Below, one piece after another: positions 1-9,294 of a stretch of DNA of 64,000 bases. Each line of letters opens with the position of its first letter. Positions within the stretch are counted from its first letter, which is position 1. The stretch is from Myxococcota bacterium (GTDB lineage: Bacteria; Myxococcota_A; Polyangia; Nannocystales; Nannocystaceae): NCBI GenBank assembly GCA_039194325.1, contig JBCCWC010000008.1, positions 32,001-96,000 on the forward strand. Reading direction: 5' to 3'. Both the position numbers and the translations under genes were made by a program. The notes under the pieces were generated by a model that was not told where the DNA came from, searched no databases, and worked only from the letters and a program-made list of their open reading frames with translations.

Positions 1-82
1 TACGGGGACCAACCAACTTCGCCAACCGCACTACGCGGGATCCTCCGCCCGTCGTGAGGAATTGGTCACCAAGACCTACCGC

Positions 83-139
83 TCCACCACCGCGTCCACC
101 ATCGCGTCCACCATCGCGTCCACCATCGCGTCCATCATC
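83..139. repeat. 12-bp tandem repeat (TCCACCATCGCG, ~4.7 copies) just downstream of the NOX gene
   Basis: Read directly from the sequence. Confidence 0.9.
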
Positions 140-169
140 ACTCCTCGCCCCCGACCCATCGCCCACCGC

Positions 170-2554
170 TCAGAAGCGTTCGTGACGAAATCGCAACCCG
201 TGAGCCTCACACACCTTGCCCACGCTCCGAGCCAGACCCGGCGGGCCGCACAGGAACACGTCGGGCTTGGGCAGCCCGGGCACGGCCGAGAACTGGCCAA
301 GCAGCGTATCGAAGTCGGGCCGCCCAAAGCGCGTACGCGCGCGCAGGCCGGTCACTACGTCGCTGAGCGTGTGATCATAGAGCACCGCCCGCGCCAGATC
401 GAGAGTGCCCCCGACCATGTCCGCCCGCGCCCCCGTCAGGTAGATGTGGATGTCGAACAACTCGCTGCCCCCTTCGGCCTCGAGCCGGGACAGCAGATCG
501 GTAAACCACTCGAAGGCGTATTGATCCCGGCTGAGCCACACGAAGTGCACCTTCTCCACCGCATCGGCCGACCCCGCCGCCCGCCGCCGCATGTGAATGC
601 TCTGCAAAAGCGACGCGAAGGGGGTCACCCCGATCCCGGCCCCGATCATCACCGCATGTCGGCACTGCAGCAGCGCCGAGCTGGGCGTCCCGTAGGGCCC
701 GTCGATGCGCACCGGTAGCCCCGCGATCGTCCGCGACGGATAGGGCGGTAGCGCCTTGCGCCGGCGGATCCGCGGCCCGCCCGGCGGCGGCTCCGTGCCC
801 GGCGGGGCCATGTAGTCGTAAAGAGCCGCCGTCCAGTTGCCCAGGCGTCGCACGTGCACCGAGATCTGGTGGGGATCCTCCGGCGCGCTGGTCAGCGTAA
901 AGGGATGCCACTCGTGACGAGCGATCGCGGGGATCCGCAAGAACACGTAGTCACCCGGCTGATAGGCGAAGCTCCGCGGGCGCGCGATGTCGAGGCGAGT
1001 GACCCCCGAGGGCAAGATCTCAGCGCCCACCAGCGTGGTTGGCTGACTGCGCGCCACCATTCGCACCAGCCGCTCGATCGCAAAGCCCACCCCCGGCAGC
1101 AGCACCCACCCCCAGAACACCGGGCCATGGACCAGCATCAAGCCGAACCATAAAAAGTACAGCCGGTGGGTGTAGTGGAACGCCTCGAAGCTGCCTGACC
1201 GACGCACCCGCTCGCGCGAGAACAGCCACATCATCGTCAGCACCCACAGCAGCACCGCGCCGGTGATGTTGGCCGTGCTCTTCCACGCCCCGGGCCCGAG
1301 GTTGACGAGGATGTTGAGCCCGTGGGCCGCCGTGTGCACCAGCGCCAGCACGAAGATCGTCTCGCCCACGATGCGATGGATCTCGATGCTCTCGTCCACC
1401 GGCAAGAAGCGCCCCAGCGTTCGCCTTCGCACCCAGCTGACCGTGTAGCGCAGCATCGGCACCAAGATGAGCGCGCCATTGAAGTTGAGACACGCCCCGC
1501 AGCCTCGGGCGATCTGGACCAGCAGGCCCGCTCCTTGCGTGCGGTAGCGCCAAAACGCCTCGCCGAAGAGCACCGCGTTGATCACCGTATAGACCGCGAG
1601 GAACCCGACGAGCAGCGCGGTGTTACGAGCCCACGGAGCCCAGCGCGCCTTCGGGCTCGGCGCCGTTTGGGTCGCACGGGCACGCTTGGTGGGGGTCAGC
1701 AGCGCCACCCCATACTGCGCGAGCTCGGCTCGCAGCTCGGGGCGTGAGTCCACCATCGCCACGAACTCATCGAAGGTCATCGCGTTGCTGTCGTCGTGAT
1801 CACCGGCCAGCCACACCGCGTCGACCAGGCGCTCGACCACCGCATCGGGCAGCTGTACGCGATTCTCCGCCAGGCTGATGTGCAGCAGCCGCTCGAACTC
1901 CTCGCGGTCCAGCCGACCGTCACCATCGTGGTCGTGCAGCCGAAACAAGAACCCCAGCTTGGCCTCCACCGGCCCCGCCATGACCGCCTCGGCCGCGGCC
2001 GCCAGATCTCGCCCGCCCGCGAAGCCGCAGCGCGAGAAGTCCAGCGCTAAGAGCACCCGCTCGGCCAGGTAGAGGCTACGCAAGCCCAAGACCTCCTGAA
2101 CGGCCGGGCCATCGATCGGGCCGGTCATCTCTCCGAGGCGATTGACCACCGTGGCGATGGGGATCGCATGGGACGAGCCGGGCTCGTCGCGTTCACGCGC
2201 GGCATGGGCCGCCACCTCCTGCTCGGACGCGTTCGGCCCAGACCCACGCTCCTTCTGCGAGCCCGACGCGCTCGATGACGCCACCAGTGTCCGGCCCGAC
2301 GGCGACGGGCTCGACCCCTGCACCAGCGTCTGCCCCGACGGCGACGGGCTCGACCCCTGCACCAGCGTCTGCCCCGACTGCGACGGGCTCGACCCCTGCA
2401 CCAGCGTCTGCCCCGACTGCGACGGGCTCGACCCCCGCACCAGCGTCTGCCCTGACTGCGACGGGCTCGACCCCTGCACCAGCGTCTGCCCTGACTGCGA
2501 CGGGCTCGAAGACCCAGCGGATGGCCGATCAGAGCCTGCTCCCGAGGACGACAC
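170..2554 (-). CDS. EF-hand-containing NADPH oxidase (NOX5/RBOH-like ferric reductase superfamily), ~794 aa
   Basis: EF-hands DHDGDGRLDREEF and DHDDSNAMTFDEF; TM region with paired heme His (EIHRIVG..VHTAAH, HYTHRLY..VHG); FAD motif HEWHPFTLTSAPE; GPYG; NADPH motif GAGIGVTPFAS; FLCGP; C-terminal RHERF. Start moved to GTG at 2554 because AGGAG lies 7 nt upstream, overlapping the stop of the previous gene. Confidence 0.9.
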   Translation of the reverse strand: MSSSGAGSDRPSAGSSSPSQSGQTLVQGSSPSQSGQTLVRGSSPSQSGQTLVQGSSPSQSGQTLVQGSSPSPSGQTLVQGSSPSPSGRTLVASSSASGSQKERGSGPNASEQEVAAHAARERDEPGSSHAIPIATVVNRLGEMTGPIDGPAVQEVLGLRSLYLAERVLLALDFSRCGFAGGRDLAAAAEAVMAGPVEAKLGFLFRLHDHDGDGRLDREEFERLLHISLAENRVQLPDAVVERLVDAVWLAGDHDDSNAMTFDEFVAMVDSRPELRAELAQYGVALLTPTKRARATQTAPSPKARWAPWARNTALLVGFLAVYTVINAVLFGEAFWRYRTQGAGLLVQIARGCGACLNFNGALILVPMLRYTVSWVRRRTLGRFLPVDESIEIHRIVGETIFVLALVHTAAHGLNILVNLGPGAWKSTANITGAVLLWVLTMMWLFSRERVRRSGSFEAFHYTHRLYFLWFGLMLVHGPVFWGWVLLPGVGFAIERLVRMVARSQPTTLVGAEILPSGVTRLDIARPRSFAYQPGDYVFLRIPAIARHEWHPFTLTSAPEDPHQISVHVRRLGNWTAALYDYMAPPGTEPPPGGPRIRRRKALPPYPSRTIAGLPVRIDGPYGTPSSALLQCRHAVMIGAGIGVTPFASLLQSIHMRRRAAGSADAVEKVHFVWLSRDQYAFEWFTDLLSRLEAEGGSELFDIHIYLTGARADMVGGTLDLARAVLYDHTLSDVVTGLRARTRFGRPDFDTLLGQFSAVPGLPKPDVFLCGPPGLARSVGKVCEAHGLRFRHERF
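2282..2509. repeat. 39-bp tandem repeat, ~6 copies, encoding (SSPSQSGQTLVQG)n in the NOX N-terminus
   Basis: Unit CACCAGCGTCTGCCCCGACTGCGACGGGCTCGACCCCTG read directly, with few substitutions. Confidence 0.95.
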
Positions 2555-2565
2555 GTCTACGCTCC

Positions 2566-3531
2566 TCAGATCAGCGACAGCTGGGTCGCCTGCCCTTGAA
2601 CTTCTACGTTGGCCCCCTGCGAGCGCAACCACTGCGCCCCCTGAGCCGTCCACGCCGAGTCGCCCCGCAGCAAGATCCGTGGCCGCGCACACGACTCCCA
2701 ATACGCCCCCAGGTGCTCGCGGTCGACCCGCCCCGGGCAGCTCACCTCGGTGATCTGCAGTCGCTCGCCCGCGGGGCCCCGCCGAGATCGCCACGCGTCA
2801 ACTTGCTGTCGCACGGGCTCCGGCGCGCTGACCAGCACGACCGCGGAGATCTCGTGCCGCTGCAAGCCCGCGCCGTCGATGGCGTCGTGGGGCCACAGCA
2901 GCACCGGAGCCTCGGGCTCGAGCCCTTCGAGATACGGCGTGAAGCGGGGATGGGCCTGAAAACGGACCTGAGCTCCACACGCAGCCACGATCTGCCGGGC
3001 CCCCACCGCGGTATCCACCAACACCAACGTCACCCCTCCGAGCGAAGCCAGGGTGCGCAGCCCCTTGACCCGCAATGTCGGCGGGGGCTCGTCTAGCGCC
3101 CACTCGGCCTGCGCCCGAAGCAACAACCAGTCGCACTCCACCGCCGCGGGCACCACCCCCAGCCCCCAGGTATAGAGGCACCGCAGTCCCCCTTGGCGGT
3201 GGGCGAGCCGTAACGACGACCCCCCCAGCGGCAGCCCCGACGACACCGCCTCGAGGGTGAGCCGGCCCACCCCGAACTCGCGACCGTGGTCCACCAGCAC
3301 CGCCCGCGCCAGGCTCGTGCGCTGCGCCGGCGAGAGGTTGGCCAGCGCCATCGCATAGACCAGATCACGGTGGCCGATCCACGGCCCCGGCACCAGCTTT
3401 CCCTGCGCGCCCACGTGCGACAAGAAGCACGTGCGATCGACCGCCGGCTCGTCCAGCGACAGGCGCTCCCGCGAGATCATATGCTGCACCTCCTGCAGCT
3501 CGGAATCCTTGGGCGCTTCGAGGTCGGCCAC
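2566..3531 (-). CDS. Hypothetical protein, possibly a degenerate MBL/beta-CASP-fold protein
   Basis: Fills the gap between tadA and NOX. Segment HGREFGVGRLTLEAVSSGLPLGGSSLRL..LYTWGL resembles the MBL exonuclease 'xGxxxxxGxxxxxxxPAGHxLGSxxxxx..xSGD' stretch without the metal ligands. Confidence 0.6.
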   Translation of the reverse strand: MADLEAPKDSELQEVQHMISRERLSLDEPAVDRTCFLSHVGAQGKLVPGPWIGHRDLVYAMALANLSPAQRTSLARAVLVDHGREFGVGRLTLEAVSSGLPLGGSSLRLAHRQGGLRCLYTWGLGVVPAAVECDWLLLRAQAEWALDEPPPTLRVKGLRTLASLGGVTLVLVDTAVGARQIVAACGAQVRFQAHPRFTPYLEGLEPEAPVLLWPHDAIDGAGLQRHEISAVVLVSAPEPVRQQVDAWRSRRGPAGERLQITEVSCPGRVDREHLGAYWESCARPRILLRGDSAWTAQGAQWLRSQGANVEVQGQATQLSLI

Positions 3532-3535
3532 GGGA

Positions 3536-4018
3536 TCAGGCCCTCTTGGTGTCGTGCTTGGCCCGAGCCCGGGCCTTCCGAAAGAAGTCGCGGAGCAGCG
3601 CCGCCGCCGGCTCGGCGAGCACGCCCGGCACCAGCTCTACTCGATGGTTGAGCCGCGGATCGGTACAGATCTGATAGAGACTTCGCACGGCGCCAGCCTT
3701 GGGATCGTCGGCTCCGTAGACCAAGCGCGCAACCCGGGCGTTGACGATCGATCCCGCGCACATAGGGCAGGGCTCGAGAGTCACGTAGAGGGTGGCCCCA
3801 TCCACCCGCCAGCGCCCCGTGGTGCGGCAGGCATCCCGCAGCGCCACGATTTCGGCGTGGCCCGTGGGATCTGCGTCGACCTCGCGACGGTTCTCGCCCA
3901 CCCCGACCACGACCCCCTCGCGCACCACGATCGCCCCCACCGGCACGTCACCCCGAGACGCCGCCAACCTGGCCCGCTCCAGAGCATAGCGCATGAAGCG
4001 TTCGTCGTCGGTGAGCAT
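3536..4018 (-). CDS. tadA: tRNA adenosine(34) deaminase
   Basis: DVPVGA, DPTGHAE, TLYVTLEPCPMCAG, GADDPKAGA and RLNH motifs. Confidence 0.92.
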   Translation of the reverse strand: MLTDDERFMRYALERARLAASRGDVPVGAIVVREGVVVGVGENRREVDADPTGHAEIVALRDACRTTGRWRVDGATLYVTLEPCPMCAGSIVNARVARLVYGADDPKAGAVRSLYQICTDPRLNHRVELVPGVLAEPAAALLRDFFRKARARAKHDTKRA

Positions 4019-4054
4019 GGTGTTGGTCGCAGAGTCACCCAGATCGCGCTTCGC

Positions 4055-5113
4055 TCACAAGCCCCGGCGCTCGTGCGTCCTTCGTTCACCCTGGCGTCGA
4101 TCCCCATCGGAAGCCAGCCCCGGCCCGTGAGCCACGTGCCGGTCGAGCTGCCGCCTCAGGTGCTCCTCGGCCGCGGCCACCAGTCGAGGAGACCACACCT
4201 GCATCTGCACCGAGAGCCGATGCTCCCCTCCCCCGCCCGCCTCGACCACCACCTGGCCCGAAGGATCGCGATACGGCGAGAGGCCCGCGAGCAACCGCGC
4301 ACGACGGATCTCCTCGGCGCTCCAGGGATGATCTCGACGCAGCGAGATCTGAAGCGGCACACTGTAGCGCGCCGGGCCGATCGCCACCACCTCGGTGCCG
4401 ACCAACCGGTTGGGCAGGTAGAGCAGAGATCCATCGGCTTGGTGCAGCTCCACGTGGGTGAAGCTCACCCGCCGGACCACCCCATGATGCTCAGCCATCG
4501 CGATCCGATCGCCCTCCCGCAATCGGCCCCGCACCGCCAGCGTCACCCCGGCCGCGAGGTTCTCCAGCTGTCGCCGTAGCACCGCCATCGAGGCCACCGC
4601 GAGCAGGGTCAGCACCCCGAGGGTCAACGTTGGAGCGGCTCGCAGCAGGCGCACCGCGATCACCACGAACGCCAGGACCCACGCCCCAAGCGACACGAGA
4701 TCCCCCGCGATGTTGACCAACCGATGGTGCTCGACGCCCAGGCGAAGCACAAAGCGAGTCACTCGCTGCGCGGCTCGGCTGACCCCCCAGGCCAGCATCA
4801 GCACCAGCGGGAAGAACAGCCCCCGCGGGAACGAGAGCCGCGTTCGCAGCGCTCGCAGCTCTCGAGCGGCCGCGGGCTCGGCCGCCCCGGCCGGCGTCCC
4901 CGTGCTCGGCTCCTCGAAGATCTCCGCGATCGGATCGGACTGGGCGGTCGCGGCCGGGCTCGGGCGCTCGACCGAAGAACGAGGGGCCGCGGCCGAGCCC
5001 GAGGCCGGCACCTCCGCCGATCCTCCCCGGCACGCCGACACCCCGAGCAACACCCCGAGCAATGCCCCGAGCATCAGCGACCCGCGCCGACGGGTCGTCG
5101 GCCGACCGGTCAC
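4055..5113 (-). CDS. Small-conductance mechanosensitive channel (MscS family)
   Basis: TM helices followed by LENLAAGVTL..LREGDRI..GVV..YLPN, the MscS core. Start overlaps the stop of the upstream gene. Confidence 0.8.
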   Translation of the reverse strand: MTGRPTTRRRGSLMLGALLGVLLGVSACRGGSAEVPASGSAAAPRSSVERPSPAATAQSDPIAEIFEEPSTGTPAGAAEPAAARELRALRTRLSFPRGLFFPLVLMLAWGVSRAAQRVTRFVLRLGVEHHRLVNIAGDLVSLGAWVLAFVVIAVRLLRAAPTLTLGVLTLLAVASMAVLRRQLENLAAGVTLAVRGRLREGDRIAMAEHHGVVRRVSFTHVELHQADGSLLYLPNRLVGTEVVAIGPARYSVPLQISLRRDHPWSAEEIRRARLLAGLSPYRDPSGQVVVEAGGGGEHRLSVQMQVWSPRLVAAAEEHLRRQLDRHVAHGPGLASDGDRRQGERRTHERRGL

Positions 5114-8100
5114 CCGTCCCTCCGGGTCAGCGCCCCGAACTCGACGAGCGCCGCGCAGACCGTGGGCTGCACGATCGGCGCCAGGCGCAAGCCCCCTTGC
5201 AACCCCGAGCGGGTCTCGAGGATCCCGGCGGCTCGCAAGAAGGCGACGTGACGGCTCACCTCGGCCCGGGTAAGCGCCAGCGTGCGGGCCAGCGCGTCCA
5301 GCTCGACCGTGCCAAAGCGCACCACCTGCAACAGCAGCCCCACCGCATGAGGGTGAAGCTGGTCGAGGAAGCGGCTACGCTGGAGCACGTGGCTGCGCCG
5401 CGTGGGCATCACCGCGTCGTCGCTCAGCGACTCCACGTCACGATGCCACGCCCGGAGCGCCGCCCGCAGGTTGCCCCCGCTCGTTCGCAGAAGGTTGCGA
5501 TAGTAGTCGCGGCGACTCACCGCCGCCCGGCGTCGACTCTGGATCCGTGCCCAGCGACCATGCGGATACTCGATCGACATCCCGCTGACCCGATTGCGAG
5601 CCTCCACCACCCGGGCCAGCGCGTCCGCATCCAGGGTGCCCAGGCCGATCACCCGCCCGAAGGCCTGCCGCACCGCCACCGCCGGATCGAACAACGCCAG
5701 CGCATCCTCCGAGACGGACACCGCCCAGAACGCCACGTGCCGGGTCCCCACCACCAAGTCGAGGATCGCCGCCAGATCCCGCAGCCCCCTCAGATCGGGC
5801 GAGCACCACGCCTCTAGATCGTCCACCACGATCGCGGTGTGCTCGTCGGCCAGGTGTGCCCGCACCTCACCGGTCCGGGGCTCGCACTGCAGCTCGCTGG
5901 CCAGGGCGGCCAGCAGCCCGTCGCGGTGGTCGTGCTCGTCTCCCAGCCGTAGCACCCGGGGCGCTCGAAACTCGCTTTGGGCCACGTTGAGCAGCGAGGT
6001 CCGTCCCGTGCCGTGCTCTCCGACCACCAGCACGCCCCCCTCCCGCTGCCCCTCGAACGCCGCCTGCTCGGCGGCGAGCAGCTGCTTGAGCTCGGAGCGA
6101 GCGGTGGCGAAGAAGCGCCGATCGTGCAGCGGCTCCAGCGAGAACAGGCGCCCGTACATCGGCGGCAGCTCCGTCTGACCGGGCGAGCGCTCCTCGGCGT
6201 AGAGCTGCCGCCGCAACCCCGTCGCGTCCAGTCGCGCCCGCCCCGCTCGGCGCTGTAGCTCTGCAGAGAGGTCGCTGGCGGCGAGGCGCTGCCACAGCGC
6301 CCGCGCTCGACTGCGCATTCGCCCGAGCCCCGCCGCCAGCCGATCGATCTCACGGGTCAGCACCCGCTGCGCCGAGACAAGCACCGTACGACGCTCGGCC
6401 ACTTCGACCCGGGCCCGCGCCGCATTGGCGCGCACCGCCGCGAACGCCCGGGCCAGCCCCTCGCTCAGCTGCGCGGGCGTGCCATCGCGGGCATGGACGA
6501 GCTTGTCGAGCAGCTCGTCCACGCGCCGCAGCGCCCGAGCCACGCCGTCCAGCACGAGCGCCCGGGGATCTTCTTGCTCCTCCTCACCGCTGCGCGCCAG
6601 CTCGATCGCGAAGGTCGCCACGCCCACGTGCTCACGCAGCTGGCTGTTGATCTCGTTGACCAGCGCGTGGGCTTGGCGGACGCTCTCCCCCAGCTGCGAC
6701 GAGAAGTCCACCAGCAAGCACTCCTCGCAGATCCGACGCAGCGGCACGTGGATGATCTCGGTCTCCAGCGGGCTGCCCGCGAACTGAAGCGGGGTCGTGC
6801 CTCCGAGCGCCGCCACGTCGTCGGGCAGATCGCGGACTGTCGTCCTAAGCACTTCCATCAGCTTCGCCTCGACCACTGCCTCGCGCAGCTGCGCCCGTCG
6901 TTGCTTGAGAGTCCGATGAGACTCCTGAGAGAACGCTCGCCGACAGCCCGCGGCCGCCTCTTCGAGCGCGGTGGCGTCGAGTACCTCGACCTTCGCGAGA
7001 TCTTCGCGGATCGCCACCAGGCACTCCCGCGTCCGCTCGACCTCGGGCACCGTGACCTCCAGCATGGCCGTCAAAGGCGCCACGAAGCCCCGATCGACCT
7101 GCGCGTCGATGTGGCGCTCGAGCGCCTCCACCTCCACCGTCAGCCGCACCGTGCGACGAGCCGCGGCCAGCTTCGGCGTCCAATGACGCCCTCCCCGCGC
7201 GAGCTCCGCGAGACTTCGCGTGACCGAGGGCTCGACTCGGGAGAAGCGCAACCGCCGATCGGGCAGCTTGACGGTCCCCGCTTCCGCGGCCCACGTGGCG
7301 AGCTGGACCATGCCCTCGCGGAGCGCCTGCTCGACCACCTCGCGCCACCGTGGGATCCATTGCTGCAACAGCCCCGCCGCCGCCGCCCGAACCTCGGTCA
7401 CGCTCCGGTTGCCCTCCACCAGCTGACGCAGATCGGCATAGAGCGTCGCCTCGGTGCGCAGCCAGCCCCCCAGCGCCTCTTGCAGCGCCGGCGCGAGCAC
7501 GGGCTCGACCGCGGTCCGGGCTGCCATGCGCAGCGGCACCCGCCGCCGCCGCTCGCCGCGTGCGACGACCCGAACACCCCGCGCCACCAGCTTGCGAGCG
7601 CGCAGCCTCGGGCCGTCACCACGCTGCCCGCGGATCAAGTGCTCTGGCAACGACGCGTAGTACTCGACCGGTAGCGCCCGCATCTCGGCGCGCAGCACCT
7701 CGAACAGCTGCGCCGTCCGGGCCGCTCGCTCGCTCGCGTCCGGCTCGGGCGAGGCTTCGGCCCAGCGACGCAGGGCCGACAAGGACAACGGCTGCTCATC
7801 TCCCTCGGGGAGCGCCTCCACCAGCGCCTCAGCCTGCGCTCGAGCCCACGCCTCCAGCGCCTCGCCCACGAATACGTCCAGGTGCCCTTGCAGCGCGCGC
7901 TCCAGGTCATCGAGCCGCTGGTCGAGCGCCGGCTCACCGGTCGAAGGCCGGGGGTCGGGCTCGGTCCCCGCGTCCGCCCCCGCCGCTCCCTTCGCCGGCA
8001 CTTGCTCGGAGTCGGGCAGCTCTCCGGTCCGGCGCAGCGCCAAGCGCAGGGTGATCGGACCCACCAGCAGGTTGATCGCCACCACCGCCATCCCCGTGTT

Positions 8101-9294
8101 CTCGATCGGCGTCGCCAGCTCCGGCAACGATCCCGACGCGATCCCCACCAGCCCCAGCGTCACCCCGGCCTGAGGCAGATACGCCAGCCATGCCGAGCGC
8201 TGCACCGCCTCACTCTCGCCGCCGGCGGCCGCTCCAAGGCGGCCGGCCACGTAGAACGCCACCGCGCGGCTCAGGCACAGCGCCAGCGCAAAGGGCAAGA
8301 TCTGGAGGGTCGCGCTCAGGTTCACGCTAGCCCCTGCGTTGGTGAAGAACACCACGAACACCGGCAGCGCGACGATCTCCAGGGGATGCAGCAGCGTGTG
8401 CTCGTAGGGCGTGAAATTGCGGACGATGAAGCCGGCGACGATGAACGTCAGCAGCGGCTGCAGGTGCAGCGCGTCGCTCACCCGGGTGACCACCAGGATC
8501 ATCGCCGCCACAAACAGCAGCATCTCGGCCCCCACGAAGCGCATGTAAGCCACCAGCAGCAGCGCCAGCCCTAGCCCCAGCAGGACCTCCTCGCCCAGGT
8601 GCTTGCCCACCTCCAGCAACAACGCGGGCTCGAGACTCGCGCTGGGGCTGGTCAGGCTCAGGGCTACCGCCATCGCCACCGCCAGGCACACCACCACCAC
8701 CGCGTCCTTGAGCACCGCCAGCCCCAGCGTCAGATCGCTGAGCTTGCCCTTGGCCCCCGTCTCGCTCAGGACCGCCAGCGCGATCGCCGGCGAGGTCCCC
8801 ACCGCGAGCGCGGAGAAGATGATGGCCAGCCCCAACGTCGCGTCCAGCGACGGCAGCGGCAGCGGAGCCCACACGCTCTGTAGCAACACGAACGTCCCCC
8901 CGACCAGCAGGGGCAAGAGCGCCACCTTGAGGGCCACCGTCGCGGTCAGGCCCTTCCACATGCGGACGATCGCCTTGCCGTCGAGCTCGAGGCCCGCGCT
9001 GGTGGCGATGAGCCCCAGGGCCAGATCGTTGAACATGCGCATCTCGCCGACCACCCGCTCGCTCAGGATGTTGCCCAGCGAGGGTCCGAGCGCGATGCCG
9101 GCCAGGATGAAGCCGGTGACCTTGGGCAGCGTGAGGCTGGCCCCCAGCTCGGCAAAGGTGAACGCCGCCAGCACCACGAAGCCGATCGCCGCCAGGGTCA
9201 GCGGCGTGCTCGTGCCCGCCCGGAGGGTCTCGAGGCCGAGCATCACGGCCAAGAGCACCGCGATCACGAACAGCTGGTTGAGGGCCCGTTTCAC
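5110..9294 (-). CDS. Cation:proton antiporter (CPA) domain fused to a long helical region, a P-loop NTPase and a C-terminal winged HTH
   Basis: N-terminal ~420 aa multi-TM region with LPKVTGFILAGIALGP, GLELD, TSPA, KDAVVV and PQAGV; Walker A-like GEHGTGRT; Walker B IVVDDLE; SGGNLR; HTH-like LARTLALTRAEVSRHVAFLRAAGIL. Confidence 0.8.
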   Translation of the reverse strand: MKRALNQLFVIAVLLAVMLGLETLRAGTSTPLTLAAIGFVVLAAFTFAELGASLTLPKVTGFILAGIALGPSLGNILSERVVGEMRMFNDLALGLIATSAGLELDGKAIVRMWKGLTATVALKVALLPLLVGGTFVLLQSVWAPLPLPSLDATLGLAIIFSALAVGTSPAIALAVLSETGAKGKLSDLTLGLAVLKDAVVVVCLAVAMAVALSLTSPSASLEPALLLEVGKHLGEEVLLGLGLALLLVAYMRFVGAEMLLFVAAMILVVTRVSDALHLQPLLTFIVAGFIVRNFTPYEHTLLHPLEIVALPVFVVFFTNAGASVNLSATLQILPFALALCLSRAVAFYVAGRLGAAAGGESEAVQRSAWLAYLPQAGVTLGLVGIASGSLPELATPIENTGMAVVAINLLVGPITLRLALRRTGELPDSEQVPAKGAAGADAGTEPDPRPSTGEPALDQRLDDLERALQGHLDVFVGEALEAWARAQAEALVEALPEGDEQPLSLSALRRWAEASPEPDASERAARTAQLFEVLRAEMRALPVEYYASLPEHLIRGQRGDGPRLRARKLVARGVRVVARGERRRRVPLRMAARTAVEPVLAPALQEALGGWLRTEATLYADLRQLVEGNRSVTEVRAAAAGLLQQWIPRWREVVEQALREGMVQLATWAAEAGTVKLPDRRLRFSRVEPSVTRSLAELARGGRHWTPKLAAARRTVRLTVEVEALERHIDAQVDRGFVAPLTAMLEVTVPEVERTRECLVAIREDLAKVEVLDATALEEAAAGCRRAFSQESHRTLKQRRAQLREAVVEAKLMEVLRTTVRDLPDDVAALGGTTPLQFAGSPLETEIIHVPLRRICEECLLVDFSSQLGESVRQAHALVNEINSQLREHVGVATFAIELARSGEEEQEDPRALVLDGVARALRRVDELLDKLVHARDGTPAQLSEGLARAFAAVRANAARARVEVAERRTVLVSAQRVLTREIDRLAAGLGRMRSRARALWQRLAASDLSAELQRRAGRARLDATGLRRQLYAEERSPGQTELPPMYGRLFSLEPLHDRRFFATARSELKQLLAAEQAAFEGQREGGVLVVGEHGTGRTSLLNVAQSEFRAPRVLRLGDEHDHRDGLLAALASELQCEPRTGEVRAHLADEHTAIVVDDLEAWCSPDLRGLRDLAAILDLVVGTRHVAFWAVSVSEDALALFDPAVAVRQAFGRVIGLGTLDADALARVVEARNRVSGMSIEYPHGRWARIQSRRRAAVSRRDYYRNLLRTSGGNLRAALRAWHRDVESLSDDAVMPTRRSHVLQRSRFLDQLHPHAVGLLLQVVRFGTVELDALARTLALTRAEVSRHVAFLRAAGILETRSGLQGGLRLAPIVQPTVCAALVEFGALTRRDG

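Noticed and set aside
2282..2509. 39-bp repeats as a CRISPR array
   Set aside because: The units are contiguous with no unique spacers, and no cas genes are present.
2142..2753. Plus-strand ORF with CTSVCPDCDGLDP repeats resembling a metal-binding or RiPP precursor peptide
   Set aside because: It is the antisense reading of the 39-bp repeat and overlaps two minus-strand genes. The minus frame has a good RBS/GTG start, and no modifying enzymes lie nearby.
2555..2794. ORF-track start of the NOX gene at 2794
   Set aside because: It would overlap the upstream gene by ~230 nt; GTG 2554 has an RBS.
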